Of a stretch of DNA of 64,000 nt, positions 18,386-29,133 are shown one piece after another. Origin of the DNA: an uncultured Eubacteriales bacterium (GTDB lineage: Bacteria > Acidobacteriota > Aminicenantia > Aminicenantales > Aminicenantaceae); NCBI GenBank assembly GCA_964584935.1, contig CAZPBN010000004.1, positions 6,507 to 70,506 of the forward strand, in the 5' to 3' direction. Under the pieces are notes generated by a model. That model saw only the letters and a list, made by a program, of their open reading frames with translations. It was not told where the DNA came from and did not search any database. The position numbers and the translations under genes were made by a program. The first letter of the stretch is position 1. Every line of letters starts with the position of its first letter.

Positions 18386-19816
18386 TTATTTGCTATTTGT
18401 TTTTTCCTTTTCATTAACTTTTTCCATTGTGATTCCTGTATACCCGTAAAATATCGAAACCAATGGATTCATCAAATTTAAAAACGCATAGGGAAGGTAT
18501 AAAAGAGGATTGACTCCAAGAGTCGCGTGCATGAATGCTCCACAGCTATTCCAGGGTATAAGAGGAGAGGAAAGAGTGCCTGAATCTTCCAAACATCTGG
18601 ATAGGTTTTTAGGATGAAGTTTTTTCGCATCAAAAGCATTTTTATACATTCTTCCAGGTATCACAATCGCAATATACTGGTCAGAAGCAATGGCATTCAT
18701 TCCAATACAGCTGAAAATTGTGGTGACCACCAGAGAACCTGTCCTTCTCACTCTTTTTAAAAGCGATTTAGCTAAAACATTGAGCATACCTGTTTTTTCC
18801 ATAATTCCACCAAAGGAAAGGGCACAAATAATCAATGCCACAGTTTCCATCATACTGAGTAGCCCGCCTCTTGTAAGCAGATTATCAACCATTTTAACTC
18901 CGGTTTGAGAAACATATCCTGAATGAGCAGCCTCAATAAAATCAGCCATTGACTTGGACTGGGTCAGCATGGCAAAAATCCCTCCCATTAATGTTCCCCC
19001 TAATAATGCAGGCAAAGGAGGAATTTTTTTAACGACCATGATAATCACAAGTACAGGAGGTATTAAAAGAAGGGGATGAATAAAGAAGTGGTCTTTTAAG
19101 GTGAGAAGAATTGTTTGGATATTTTGAGATTCAAGGGAGCCTCCGGAAAATCGTGTCCCTATAAGAGCATAAATGACAATGGAGATGATATAACCAGGGA
19201 CTGTCGTATAGATCATATGCCTTATATGCGAAAATAAATCCGTTCCGGCAACAGCAGGCGCAAGATTGGTGGTATCTGACAGAGGTGACATTTTATCCCC
19301 AAAATAAGCTCCGGATATTATAGCTCCTGCTACCATAACAACAGGAATTCCCAACCCTTTTCCTACTCCAATCAATGCCACTCCCACAGTTCCAGCCGTT
19401 GACCAGGAAGAACCGGTTCCCAAAGAAACAATCGAACAAATGATTAAAGTCGCCACCAAAAAAATTCCTGGGGAGAGGAGTTTAAGGCCGTAATAAATCA
19501 TGGAAGGGACAATCCCCCCCTGAATCCAGGTTCCAATCATGGTCCCAACAACAATGAGAATCAAAATGGCACCCATCGCAAGAGTTATTCCATAAACCAT
19601 TCCTGACTGAATCTGCTTCCAGGGATGCTTATGAATAACGGCTATAAAAGCAGCAACGGCAGCCGCACCAATCAGAGGGATATGAGGAGATTTTCCCAGA
19701 AATCCAATTGTATACAATAACGCAAAAACCAAAAAGATGACTGGAATAAGAGATACCCCTAAAGAAATTTTTTTTGGCTTCTGTTTCACTTTTCTCTTTC
19801 TTAATAAAGTTATCAA
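18386..19816 (-). CDS. nhaC: NhaC-family Na+/H+ antiporter
   Basis: 476-aa polytopic membrane protein. Overall resemblance to NhaC-family transporters. Confidence 0.65.
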   Translation of the reverse strand: MITLLRKRKVKQKPKKISLGVSLIPVIFLVFALLYTIGFLGKSPHIPLIGAAAVAAFIAVIHKHPWKQIQSGMVYGITLAMGAILILIVVGTMIGTWIQGGIVPSMIYYGLKLLSPGIFLVATLIICSIVSLGTGSSWSTAGTVGVALIGVGKGLGIPVVMVAGAIISGAYFGDKMSPLSDTTNLAPAVAGTDLFSHIRHMIYTTVPGYIISIVIYALIGTRFSGGSLESQNIQTILLTLKDHFFIHPLLLIPPVLVIIMVVKKIPPLPALLGGTLMGGIFAMLTQSKSMADFIEAAHSGYVSQTGVKMVDNLLTRGGLLSMMETVALIICALSFGGIMEKTGMLNVLAKSLLKRVRRTGSLVVTTIFSCIGMNAIASDQYIAIVIPGRMYKNAFDAKKLHPKNLSRCLEDSGTLSSPLIPWNSCGAFMHATLGVNPLLYLPYAFLNLMNPLVSIFYGYTGITMEKVNEKEKTNSK

Positions 19817-19885
19817 ATTTTACGTGATAAAAAGAGAAAAAGCAAATTAGATTGTTTTTAGAACAATTGATGAGTTTTTAATAGC

Positions 19886-20434
19886 TTAAAGGAGATCGTC
19901 CCGGGTGAATAGGGATAGAAATTCATATCCTTTGTCTTCAATATTTTTCCGTCCCCCTTCGAGACGATCCACAAGAGCCAAAACAAGAGTCACAAATCCC
20001 CCTTCTTCCTCCACAGCCTGGCATGCTTTTATAATCGAACCAGCTGTGGTGACCACATCATCCACAATCGCAACGTTCCAGCCAGTCTCAAAAGGCCCCT
20101 CTATGAGCTTTCTTTCTCCGTGTTTTTTGGGCTCTTTCCTGACTATAAACGCAGGCAAGGGACACCCCTCTTCTGCACTCAAGGCAGCCACAGCACTGAC
20201 AATGGGATCGGCTCCCAGTGTAAAGCCTCCAATGGCATCTAAATCGAATGGTTTGATAGTCTCTAAGATCAATTTGGCTGTGAGATTGGCTCCATAAGGA
20301 TCGAGTGTGGTCATTTTAGCATCAATATAATAATGACTTTTTTTCCCGGAAGTTAAAACTCGGGAAACATTGGTTATTAAAGATTTTTGTTTTATTATCT
20401 CAATAAGCTCTTTCTCTATCTTCTTTTTATTCAA
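19886..20434 (-). CDS. pyrE: orotate phosphoribosyltransferase
   Basis: Type I PRTase PRPP-binding motif VAIVDDVVTTAGS. Length about 180 aa. TTG start with an AAGGAG RBS. Confidence 0.85.
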   Translation of the reverse strand: MNKKKIEKELIEIIKQKSLITNVSRVLTSGKKSHYYIDAKMTTLDPYGANLTAKLILETIKPFDLDAIGGFTLGADPIVSAVAALSAEEGCPLPAFIVRKEPKKHGERKLIEGPFETGWNVAIVDDVVTTAGSIIKACQAVEEEGGFVTLVLALVDRLEGGRKNIEDKGYEFLSLFTRDDLL

Positions 20435-20543
20435 GCTCTATCTCCTTGGTTTTTTCGCCTTCCTCTATTTTCACAGGCATCAACACCAACTCCTCTCGCC
20501 TGAACCCATCACTCTTTTAGTCTAATGGTACAAGTGCGCTCAT

Positions 20544-22763
20544 CTAGTAAATTTTCTCTATTTTAATGCCTTTATAATACTTTTTCAATATTTGCTTATA
20601 GTTGGCACCTTTTCTTGCCATTCCATAGGCGCCTACCTGGCACAAACCGACTCCATGTCCCCATCCTTTTCCGGAAAAAATAAATTTTTCTATTTTCCCG
20701 TTTTGATCATAATCACGGTCTATAACAAAAAACGTTTCTCTGAGTCCTAAAATCCTGCGAATTCGGAATCCTTTAATCACCACATCCGATTCTGACCCGT
20801 TCACCTGAAGTTGAATCACCCGTTTAGACACGCCTCTCTTTAAAGGATTGATGTCTATCATTGTCCCTATGGGATAATACTGGTTAATCTTTTTTTCCAA
20901 GTCTTTTCTCGATATTCTTCTTTGCCAACTGTGATATTCAGAATTTCTGTCCAGAATATTTGTATAAGGAGAATACATCACCTGTAAAAGACTTATCTTC
21001 TCTCCGTCACCAATCCATTGAACCTTCTCACCCCCTAAGAGATGAAAACGGGAGACAAAAGAAAATTCTTCCCCATGTTTTTCAATAAAAAAAGTATTCG
21101 GTTTTAGAATAAATCTTTTTTCCTTATCTCCTTCTTCAATGATTATTCTATTCTCTTTATCAATTCCTTTAAATAAGCCCTTATCAAAAAAATCCATATA
21201 ATTTTTAATCACTTTGTTGAGAATATAAGCCATCTCTCCAAGTTTTAAGACTCTATCAGGTTCTTTTATATCAATAGGAGGAGGAAAAATTTCCGATTTT
21301 ATCAGATAGGCCATATATTTTTTCACATTCCCTTCCAAGCCTTCGAGGTCTCTCAAAACATAATTGATTTCATCCTCTTGCAACAGATTCTCCACTCTAT
21401 TTTCCCATTTAAAAGCTTTCATAATAAGTTGGGCTAAAGTTTTGAAATCTATAGAAGAAACATCCTTCACGAATTCAACATAGTCAATTCCAAATAAAGT
21501 TAAAGCATTTCTTATCCAAGTAACTCCTTCTTCCAGAGAGGCATCACGCTGGTAATAATCAGGATCAATAATAGGAGAAATCACATTCAAACTGATCAAG
21601 CTTGCTATTTCAGAACTCACATTATTCCCATTCACCATTATAGGAGCAATGGTTTGATTGCTTTGAATAATCCAGCTCTTTTGACTCTCATAAATGCATT
21701 TGGTGCCTCTCAGATAAGGAAGGGCGGGTCCTCCAAATATATTTTCGACATTCTCTGTCCTACCTCCGCATGTGCTTGTGTAAAGAGCATTGATCAATTC
21801 ATTCTTATATGAAGCAACTTCTCCTTTGGTTAATTCCACAGCCTGATTACTGAGATCATGTTCAGCACTTTTTCCCTTATAATACTGGGCAGCCGGTGTA
21901 TCCCTTAGGTCAAAACCAGTATCCTCATTTGTTTTCATATTCTTGATCGCATAAGTTCTAGCAGCCACTGCCTGAGCCTTATGGGCTTCCATTTCACTAA
22001 AGGTATAAGGAGACAACTCACTGGGAACGACACTTTTCAAATAATCCTCAACATTAAGAATATTGATAAGCACTATTCCTTTTTTGGTTGGTTTAAGCAC
22101 AAAAAGCCCCCGGTAATCTCTGTGGCCATAGGACAAATAGCTCTGAATATCACTGGGTATAAAATAAAGGACAGATTTATTGTTCAAACTTTTCAGCTCA
22201 TCATTCACCAGAATCCATAAAGGCTTTGAATCCTTATCTGCAACTTCTTCCTTTAATATCCATGTGTTTTTGATTCCAATCTTATTTAATTTTTTTATAT
22301 AGTCGAGCGCATCTTCTCTTGTGATGAAATCACCAATCCTTATTTGAAATAATCCTTTAATCCTGTTTTCCCGGTTTTCCGAAATATAAACATGGTGATT
22401 TATTTTTTTCTCCAGCTCCTGAACGATGAATTCAGCTTCTTCTCTTTTTTGAGTGTGATCAACCTGGATGACATACTTTTCAGAAAGTTTTTCACCCTGG
22501 GCTTTTATTAACGCTTCATCAGCATCTTCAGCAATAAGGTTGTAGTCACTATTTATGGCATAGATGTTCATTCCTGAAGAAGCATGAATCTCTATCTTTC
22601 TAAGGTTAATCCCCAGTCCTATTTTGATCACCGGTTTTTTTATTAAAAAACCCTGAAAAAACGTTTCCTCATCTCCAAACTCATTCGGCTGCCCGCCTAC
22701 AATAAACAGGCATACAAAAACAGCTATAAAATGTTTGGCATGATTCATAGAGAATATTTTCAT
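20544..22763 (-). CDS. SPOR-domain plus SpoIID/LytB-domain protein (peptidoglycan-associated)
   Basis: Signal peptide. N-terminal SPOR-like segment (YVIQVDHTQKREEAEFIVQEL...FQIRIGDFITREDA). SpoIID/LytB signatures split by a long insertion (YTSTCGGRTEN ... GKGWGHGVGLCQVGAYGMARKGANYKQILKKYY). Confidence 0.8.
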   Translation of the reverse strand: MKIFSMNHAKHFIAVFVCLFIVGGQPNEFGDEETFFQGFLIKKPVIKIGLGINLRKIEIHASSGMNIYAINSDYNLIAEDADEALIKAQGEKLSEKYVIQVDHTQKREEAEFIVQELEKKINHHVYISENRENRIKGLFQIRIGDFITREDALDYIKKLNKIGIKNTWILKEEVADKDSKPLWILVNDELKSLNNKSVLYFIPSDIQSYLSYGHRDYRGLFVLKPTKKGIVLINILNVEDYLKSVVPSELSPYTFSEMEAHKAQAVAARTYAIKNMKTNEDTGFDLRDTPAAQYYKGKSAEHDLSNQAVELTKGEVASYKNELINALYTSTCGGRTENVENIFGGPALPYLRGTKCIYESQKSWIIQSNQTIAPIMVNGNNVSSEIASLISLNVISPIIDPDYYQRDASLEEGVTWIRNALTLFGIDYVEFVKDVSSIDFKTLAQLIMKAFKWENRVENLLQEDEINYVLRDLEGLEGNVKKYMAYLIKSEIFPPPIDIKEPDRVLKLGEMAYILNKVIKNYMDFFDKGLFKGIDKENRIIIEEGDKEKRFILKPNTFFIEKHGEEFSFVSRFHLLGGEKVQWIGDGEKISLLQVMYSPYTNILDRNSEYHSWQRRISRKDLEKKINQYYPIGTMIDINPLKRGVSKRVIQLQVNGSESDVVIKGFRIRRILGLRETFFVIDRDYDQNGKIEKFIFSGKGWGHGVGLCQVGAYGMARKGANYKQILKKYYKGIKIEKIY

Positions 22764-23012
22764 GTGCTGACTTGCCTATGGTAAAATTGTAAGCGAAAAC
22801 TTACTAAAAGTCAAGAAAAAAACTATATAATCTACCTCTCTTATTTATGTACACTATATGTCGTATTCTTTTTATTTTTATTAAATTATAATTTAGCTAA
22901 AAATGGCTTGACAGGGCACATCAGTGAATTTTTATGGAGTTTCTCTTGCAACGTTTGAAATTATATAATATTCTTTTCACAAAATAATGCATAAGCAATC
23001 GGTGATAAAAAT

Positions 23013-26000
23013 ATGAGAAAAAAATATTTATTTGTTTTCATACTGTTTCTATTCATTCCCCAATATTTACCCGGAGAGCATCTCCTGAGCCTATCCCATG
23101 TCTTTCTCCAAGGCAAAGGAATGACAGATCAGGATAGTGATCAGATTCCTGATGATATATCTCTCAACATTATCATTCCTGACAATCCGAATGCCTACGA
23201 AATCTGTGTTGCCGGGGATCTGGCTGCCAGGGCTAACTTCGAAAGTCTTGCCGTTGACTTTTCAATCATAAAAAAAGAATCTGATGTGAAGTACAGGAAA
23301 AATATTTTCTTTCCTGTGCTCATCGGGAATAGACTCCGATGGACAAAAAAGCTGTTAAAAAGAGAAAGTTCAAGTTATAAGGACTTAAAATCCAATCAAG
23401 GAATCGTTTCTGTTTTTTCCGAAAACAATCAAACAGGGATAATGCTTTTAGCCGGATCGAGAAATGCACTTCTTCTCACGGGAAGGGCTTTCTTCTTGCG
23501 GTGGCCTTACATCTGGGATATCTGGGGCCGAAAAGAAGGAGACACGTACACTTCCGTTGAAAAAGACATCGGTGATTTTTTTAAAAATGAAAAAACCGAA
23601 TTTAAAAATATAATCATAAAATCAGCAATATATGAATTCATCAATGCTTCAGAACACAAAAATTATCCTCAAAAACTGAAATTCCATACAGGCGAAATAA
23701 AAAATTTAATCATTTCTATCCAATTTAAAAATGAAGATGAACAGGAAAAGGCACTTCAATCTTTTAAAACACTCCAGATTGATCACAAAAGAGGAATAAG
23801 AACAAATCTCCTCTCCTATGCAGGATGCTCCCAATTGACTTTTGAACTTTTATACGGCTCAAAAATAAAAAAAATCACTATCGACCGAATGGGATATCCC
23901 CAAAGAATGCTCACTCCCTCCTATAAATCAGCTCCCACTCCAAAAGATTCAGGAAAAAATTTTGACCTTCTTGAACTTTTTTCAAATAAAGGTTTCTATT
24001 CTGACAAAAATGATGATCGAATTCCGGACAGTATAGATGCCTGCATTATACTACCTGAAGAGACAAACATAAAAGGACCCGAATATCTGGCATCTAGGAT
24101 GGTTCTGGAAACGGCTGGGGCTTCTTTTCCCCTTCTTTATCTGGATAAGGAAATAAAAAACAACGAAAGCCTGGTTAGTCCTGTGCTCATCGGAAAGGAT
24201 AATTCTCTTAATCAATCATTAGTGAAAACTGGAAAATTAACCATTCCTGATCTAGACCAAAACCAATGTATGGTCAGGATTATCCCCCATGCCTTCAATA
24301 AATCCAATGCCCTTTCCCTTATCAGCTCAGACAATCTAGGCGTTGAAAAAGCACTTTCCTATTTGAGCCAGATTTATCCCTATTTTGGATCCTATAAAAT
24401 GGGAAATCCTCAATTCCAGGATGTGCCTGTGGATATTAAAGGATTTCTTAAAGGGGAAAAAGGAAGTGCGGAATCCTATTTTTATAAAAAATTGAAAGAA
24501 TTTGTAGAAAAAATGGACTTTAAAGAACTTCAATATTTCAGTATGGATATTATTCTTCCTCAAAAAAATTATTGTTACGGAAAAGATCTAAAAAATTTTT
24601 TGAAAGAAACTCTTGACGCAGATAAAATCGAAGTCAAAAACTCCAGTCTCAAAGAAAGCAAACTCATTTTTGAAGAAGAGAAAGCTTTCCAATGGGAAAT
24701 GGATAATGCTCTTGAATTGATAAAGGAACAAATCAAACCAATGCAAAATTCAGAAAAAAGTATTTCCATAAGCCTGGGAATAAGTGAATCTCCTGAAGTA
24801 CGCAATCAAATAAAAAAACAAATAAAAGACATTTTAGAGCAGAAAAATATTTTCGAATATGACATTGAAATCCTGTCATCCTACAAACAGGGATTTTTCT
24901 GGTTAATCGAAAAAATTCTTCCCTCCATCCAGTCTGAAAAGATTGACCATCTTTTAATAAAATTTCCACGCCAGAATGACCCATTAAACCAGCCTAAACG
25001 ATTTTATGCTGAGCCCTATCGTTGGCTCAAGGAACTTTACCCGGTTGATGAAATCATATCTGAGGAAACTCATATTCCATTAGAAAAAATTGTTTTTGAA
25101 ATGAAAGAAGACAACAAGATTTCTTATGAAGTTCTCGCCTATGACAATAACAACAATATAATATTTCAGGATAAATTTTATCCGCACACAAGAGAACGGA
25201 CTTATTTGAATGTTCTTCCGGAATGGGGAAAAACAACTGTGACAACAAACTGGCTCAAAATAAAACAAGGGAATCAAATTATTTGTGACACCCTTTTAAA
25301 ATCCGACCTTGAACAGTTTTGGGAATACTACCAGAATGAAATACTGACACGAGTTCATTCATATATTCTTAAGAAAACCAAAAACGAACCTACTTTTTCA
25401 AAACAACCTTACTTTAAACGGCTGCTCGTCGAAATGTGGTTCAGCGAACCCGACTATAAACTCAACCTGGATGAAGAAATAATCAGTTCTCTCGAAGCCA
25501 TTCATGACGAAATCTATTTTGATACTCTGGATTTTTTAAGAGGGATAACCAGCATTGGAAAAGAAGAAAAAAATATTCCCGACGATACTTCGAGGTATTC
25601 GGCTCCAGGAAATGTCTTTCCTTTGATTCATCCCTCATCGGAAGGAGAACCGGGCAGAATTAAAATCAAATTTGAAGGATGGAAATCCAAATCTCCACAG
25701 ATTAATATAAAATGGAAAGAAAAGGGAAGGCAAGAATTAACTCATACCATAGTGTTCCCTTCCATAAAGGCAAAATCTATTAAAATTCCTTCCTTAATCT
25801 ATAATGGCAGCAAAGACATCATAGAACGCTTGTATGCCAAAATCGAGTTGAATCAAAAGGAAGATTATTTGAATCTTATTGACATTATCAACAATTACAG
25901 AAAACTAAAAAATCTTGAAATCATTCCATGCTCATTTGATTATCCTCAACTGAAATCAATCATTTGGGGAATAGAGTGGAATGACCTTAAAAAAGATGAA

Positions 26001-27158
26001 ATATTTGATACTTCTTCTGCAAAGGAGATACTCGATAAAAATATAAAAACAGATACCGATAACGGTGATATTGTCCCTACAGATAAAATCCTATCTCATC
26101 AGATGTGTATGGAAATTGTTCAAAAACTCAGTTCTTTCGATGTTATCCACAGCTATAATGCAGGAATTTCCTATGAAGAAAGAAAAGTCCCTGTCATTGA
26201 AAGCTTCCTTCCTAACAAAAAATATGTATCCATTCCTCGACTTGTCACCTTCAAGCCAACTCTCTATTTAAACGGTCGGCAGCACGCCAATGAAGTCTCA
26301 TCCACAAATTACATATTAAAATTTGCCGAGCTTCTTGCTAGAAAAGATGAATTTAAAAACTATTTGAATAAAATAAACTTTATTTTTCATCCCATGGAAA
26401 ATCCGGACGGAGCTGACCTGGCTTATCAACTTCAAAAAATCACTCCTCATCACAGTCTTCATGCGGGCAGATATTCACCCCTGGGCATAGAAATCGGATA
26501 TCTGATAAATGCACCTGATCCAATTTTACCGGAAGCAAAAGTAAGAAAAGAGATTTTTGAAAAATGGCTTCCGGACATTCATCTCAACCTCCATGGCTAT
26601 CCTTCTCATGAATGGGTTCAGCAGTTTTCCAACTATTCCCCTTACTTGTTTCGCGATTACTGGATTCCACGAGGTTGGTTTGCCTATTACCGGGCTCTTT
26701 CCCTTCCTATATACGAAAAATGGACCAAGGCAGGCATACAGTTAAAAAAGTTCATAATAAAGGAAATGAATGCCAGCGAAAAAATCAGTTCTTCAAACAG
26801 AAAATTTTATAATCGCTATTTCCGGTGGGCAGCCAGATGGCAACCCCATATGAATTACCTTGAAATTTATGATGGATTGAATCTTTACTCAAAAAGACGT
26901 TCCTCCACAGAAAGAAAACTTTCTCCCTCAAGGCGCATCACCTATATATCAGAAGTTCCCGAACTCATGGATGAAACAGCTCACGGTGAGTGGCTGAATT
27001 TCCTGTGCCAGCAGGGATTGAGTTATATAAAAGCCCACGCCAAATACCTCTCCAATACAAAATTTGAAATAGCCCGTATCGAAGAAGAATTGAAAAACAG
27101 GATCCATATCCAATTCATTCGCAGCCGCCCTGGGAATTTAGAAGAAGACGAACAATGA
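23013..27158 (+). CDS. very large secreted protein (1381 aa) with an internally duplicated N-terminal module and a C-terminal M14 (zinc carboxypeptidase / gamma-D-glutamyl-DAP peptidase)-like domain
   Basis: Signal peptide. Two related N-terminal segments (DQIPDDISLNIIIPDNPNAYEICVAGDLAARANFES and DDRIPDSIDACIILPEETNIKGPEYLASRMVLETAGASFP). C-terminal M14 hallmarks in order: H-x-x-E (GRQHANEVSS), NPDG (FHPMENPDGADL), and the third zinc His (LNLHGYPSHEW). Confidence 0.75.
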   Translation: MRKKYLFVFILFLFIPQYLPGEHLLSLSHVFLQGKGMTDQDSDQIPDDISLNIIIPDNPNAYEICVAGDLAARANFESLAVDFSIIKKESDVKYRKNIFFPVLIGNRLRWTKKLLKRESSSYKDLKSNQGIVSVFSENNQTGIMLLAGSRNALLLTGRAFFLRWPYIWDIWGRKEGDTYTSVEKDIGDFFKNEKTEFKNIIIKSAIYEFINASEHKNYPQKLKFHTGEIKNLIISIQFKNEDEQEKALQSFKTLQIDHKRGIRTNLLSYAGCSQLTFELLYGSKIKKITIDRMGYPQRMLTPSYKSAPTPKDSGKNFDLLELFSNKGFYSDKNDDRIPDSIDACIILPEETNIKGPEYLASRMVLETAGASFPLLYLDKEIKNNESLVSPVLIGKDNSLNQSLVKTGKLTIPDLDQNQCMVRIIPHAFNKSNALSLISSDNLGVEKALSYLSQIYPYFGSYKMGNPQFQDVPVDIKGFLKGEKGSAESYFYKKLKEFVEKMDFKELQYFSMDIILPQKNYCYGKDLKNFLKETLDADKIEVKNSSLKESKLIFEEEKAFQWEMDNALELIKEQIKPMQNSEKSISISLGISESPEVRNQIKKQIKDILEQKNIFEYDIEILSSYKQGFFWLIEKILPSIQSEKIDHLLIKFPRQNDPLNQPKRFYAEPYRWLKELYPVDEIISEETHIPLEKIVFEMKEDNKISYEVLAYDNNNNIIFQDKFYPHTRERTYLNVLPEWGKTTVTTNWLKIKQGNQIICDTLLKSDLEQFWEYYQNEILTRVHSYILKKTKNEPTFSKQPYFKRLLVEMWFSEPDYKLNLDEEIISSLEAIHDEIYFDTLDFLRGITSIGKEEKNIPDDTSRYSAPGNVFPLIHPSSEGEPGRIKIKFEGWKSKSPQINIKWKEKGRQELTHTIVFPSIKAKSIKIPSLIYNGSKDIIERLYAKIELNQKEDYLNLIDIINNYRKLKNLEIIPCSFDYPQLKSIIWGIEWNDLKKDEIFDTSSAKEILDKNIKTDTDNGDIVPTDKILSHQMCMEIVQKLSSFDVIHSYNAGISYEERKVPVIESFLPNKKYVSIPRLVTFKPTLYLNGRQHANEVSSTNYILKFAELLARKDEFKNYLNKINFIFHPMENPDGADLAYQLQKITPHHSLHAGRYSPLGIEIGYLINAPDPILPEAKVRKEIFEKWLPDIHLNLHGYPSHEWVQQFSNYSPYLFRDYWIPRGWFAYYRALSLPIYEKWTKAGIQLKKFIIKEMNASEKISSSNRKFYNRYFRWAARWQPHMNYLEIYDGLNLYSKRRSSTERKLSPSRRITYISEVPELMDETAHGEWLNFLCQQGLSYIKAHAKYLSNTKFEIARIEEELKNRIHIQFIRSRPGNLEEDEQ

Positions 27159-27163
27159 CATTT

Positions 27164-28807
27164 TCAGTTCAATCGCCTGTCTTTTTCATCCTTCCCCCAT
27201 TCGGGCAGTTTGAACTGTTCAGGTTTAAGCTGGAGTACTTTTTGAAGCCATTCAGAAGGATATCCTTCACTCCGGGGACGCCCTTTTTCATCTTTCACAT
27301 ACCCATCATTGTATTTTGTTAAAAGATATTCTCCTAAATCAATCCACCGTCTTACCACCATTTCTCCTTGAGACACAGAGTAATTGGTAAGAAACTCTTT
27401 GGCAAGCTCTGGATCCGTCTTATACAACTCCACAGCTGTTTTTTCTATCACTGGCTGAAAGGCGATAAAATTATTTTCCAGCTTTTTCTGGACTTTTTGT
27501 ATATCCTTCACCATAGAGGAATATCTCAAATTCGCCAAATTAGCCACAAAATTAAAAACCCACCAGGCAGAATCCCATGAAAACTTTTGAATATCACCAA
27601 CTGTGAATGACTCAGGAATTCGATTCACACAACAATAAAGGGGAACATAACAATTGGTATAGGTATCATCAACAGCAAACCAATACACTCCTCCCACAGC
27701 ATCCGGAAGATTATCACGGGATTGGGATATGAATGAAAAACTGGTCTGTTGGGTTGAAATGGGCCTTTCCCAGCTGTATGTATTTTCATCTATTTCCCAG
27801 GTCAAACCTCTGTAACGAACAGGACAGCCAAAAGGGCCGGCATCGATTCCTTTGGTCATATCAAACTCTGTTCCTTCATAGTGATCCCGCATGATATTCA
27901 TTACATCGCTGACAGAAAGCTTTTTGTCTGGCTTAATCCATAAGGGATATGGTTTTTCCCCTTTAACCCCTCGGTGGAAATCAGGAGAAAAATTTAAAGA
28001 AGGAGCACTGCGCCGAAACATACTCCACACCCGCGCCGCACACGTTCTCAAAGAGGAGGGCTTTGGGGGGTCAAATGCATAACGGAAATTGAAACGCTTT
28101 CCTGATTTTCTGTCATAATAGCCTTTTTCTTCGGCAAAGGAGATGATATTCTCAGAATACAGGCAATTTTCAGGATCATCCAGAGGAAACTCGCCAATTC
28201 GTGACATATTAGCATGAGCTGAAATATATCCATCCGGTATCCGTAAGGCAACCCAGTGAGCTCCTTCCCCTCCAGATCCGGGGCCAATCATTTCCATTAT
28301 CCATGCTTCATTTTTATCAGCTATGGAAAAAGACTCTCCTGAACTGGAATAACCATATTCTGCCACCAGCTCTGTCATAACCTGAATCGCTTCTCTTGCT
28401 GTTTTTGCTCTCTGCAAAGCAATTCCCATCAGAGTGAAATAATTCAACAATCCATCAGAATTAACCAGTTCCTTGCGTCCTCCGAATGTGGTTTCTCCAA
28501 TAGCTACCTGGAATTCATTCATCAATCCCACCACGGAATAAGTATGAGGAATTTGTTTAATTTTTCCTTTGACTTTACCACCCCAGCTTTTAATTTCTAT
28601 AAATTCATCTGGTTTGTGATCTTGTGCAGGGATATAATCAAGCTTGTAGAGAAATTCACCGTCACAGGTATAAGTAATCATAACCGATCCATTTTCTGAG
28701 GCACCTTTGGTCACCAAAAAACTTGAGCAGTTATCCTGTGCCCATTGAACCGTAATCAAAAAGCTAAAAAGAAAAAGACACATAAAAAAAACTTTTTTAA
28801 CTTTCAT
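27164..28807 (-). CDS. secreted C69-family dipeptidase
   Basis: GGAGG RBS before the ATG at 28807. Signal peptide, then a nucleophile Cys at the mature N-terminus (AQDN-CSSFLVTKGASENGSVMITYTCD), as in C69 peptidases. Convergent with the giant M14-like gene; the stop codons are 5 bp apart. Confidence 0.8.
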   Translation of the reverse strand: MKVKKVFFMCLFLFSFLITVQWAQDNCSSFLVTKGASENGSVMITYTCDGEFLYKLDYIPAQDHKPDEFIEIKSWGGKVKGKIKQIPHTYSVVGLMNEFQVAIGETTFGGRKELVNSDGLLNYFTLMGIALQRAKTAREAIQVMTELVAEYGYSSSGESFSIADKNEAWIMEMIGPGSGGEGAHWVALRIPDGYISAHANMSRIGEFPLDDPENCLYSENIISFAEEKGYYDRKSGKRFNFRYAFDPPKPSSLRTCAARVWSMFRRSAPSLNFSPDFHRGVKGEKPYPLWIKPDKKLSVSDVMNIMRDHYEGTEFDMTKGIDAGPFGCPVRYRGLTWEIDENTYSWERPISTQQTSFSFISQSRDNLPDAVGGVYWFAVDDTYTNCYVPLYCCVNRIPESFTVGDIQKFSWDSAWWVFNFVANLANLRYSSMVKDIQKVQKKLENNFIAFQPVIEKTAVELYKTDPELAKEFLTNYSVSQGEMVVRRWIDLGEYLLTKYNDGYVKDEKGRPRSEGYPSEWLQKVLQLKPEQFKLPEWGKDEKDRRLN

Positions 28808-29133
28808 TATTATTTCCTCCATTCAATCATTTATGAGGTTAAAATTCATTTATAACTGCAAAACTGAAAAAAAACAACACAATAAACCGGGTTTAAGAGC
28901 AGCTCAATCTCCATCCTGGATAATAAACAAATCTTTATAAAAGATAACACAATGCTCTTTTCAATTCAATTTCAGAAAATAGTGATCTTAAATCAATGAT
29001 AACTTTTTATAAATAAATCCGTATAGAAAAAAGAAGTGGTTTTTTGTAATATATTATGTTAATTTACTGTTTTCATTAGCATAAGAATGATTTAAGAGAG
29101 CTAAAAGCTCTTTAACATTTGGAGGTAACCAAA

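Noticed and set aside
20455-20545. Possible tRNA between pyrE and the SPOR-SpoIID gene (GAACCC / GGTTCAGG-like T-arm fragment)
   Set aside because: No acceptor stem with a CCA-compatible end could be built on either strand, and there is no D-loop or T-loop GTTCRANYC context. The region reads as an ordinary promoter or terminator spacer.
22908-22969. Promoter for the 1381-aa gene (TTGACA at 22908; TATAAT at 22964)
   Set aside because: The two best hexamers do not form a pair with proper spacing: TTGACA-N17 is followed by the weak TTTATG, and TTGCAA is only 12 nt from TATAAT. I left it unassigned.
29097-29117. Small hairpin AGAGAGCT-AAA-AGCTCTTT just upstream of the LolA-like gene RBS
   Set aside because: The 6-bp stem is AT-rich. 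It could be regulatory, but it is equally likely a chance occurrence in AT-rich DNA.
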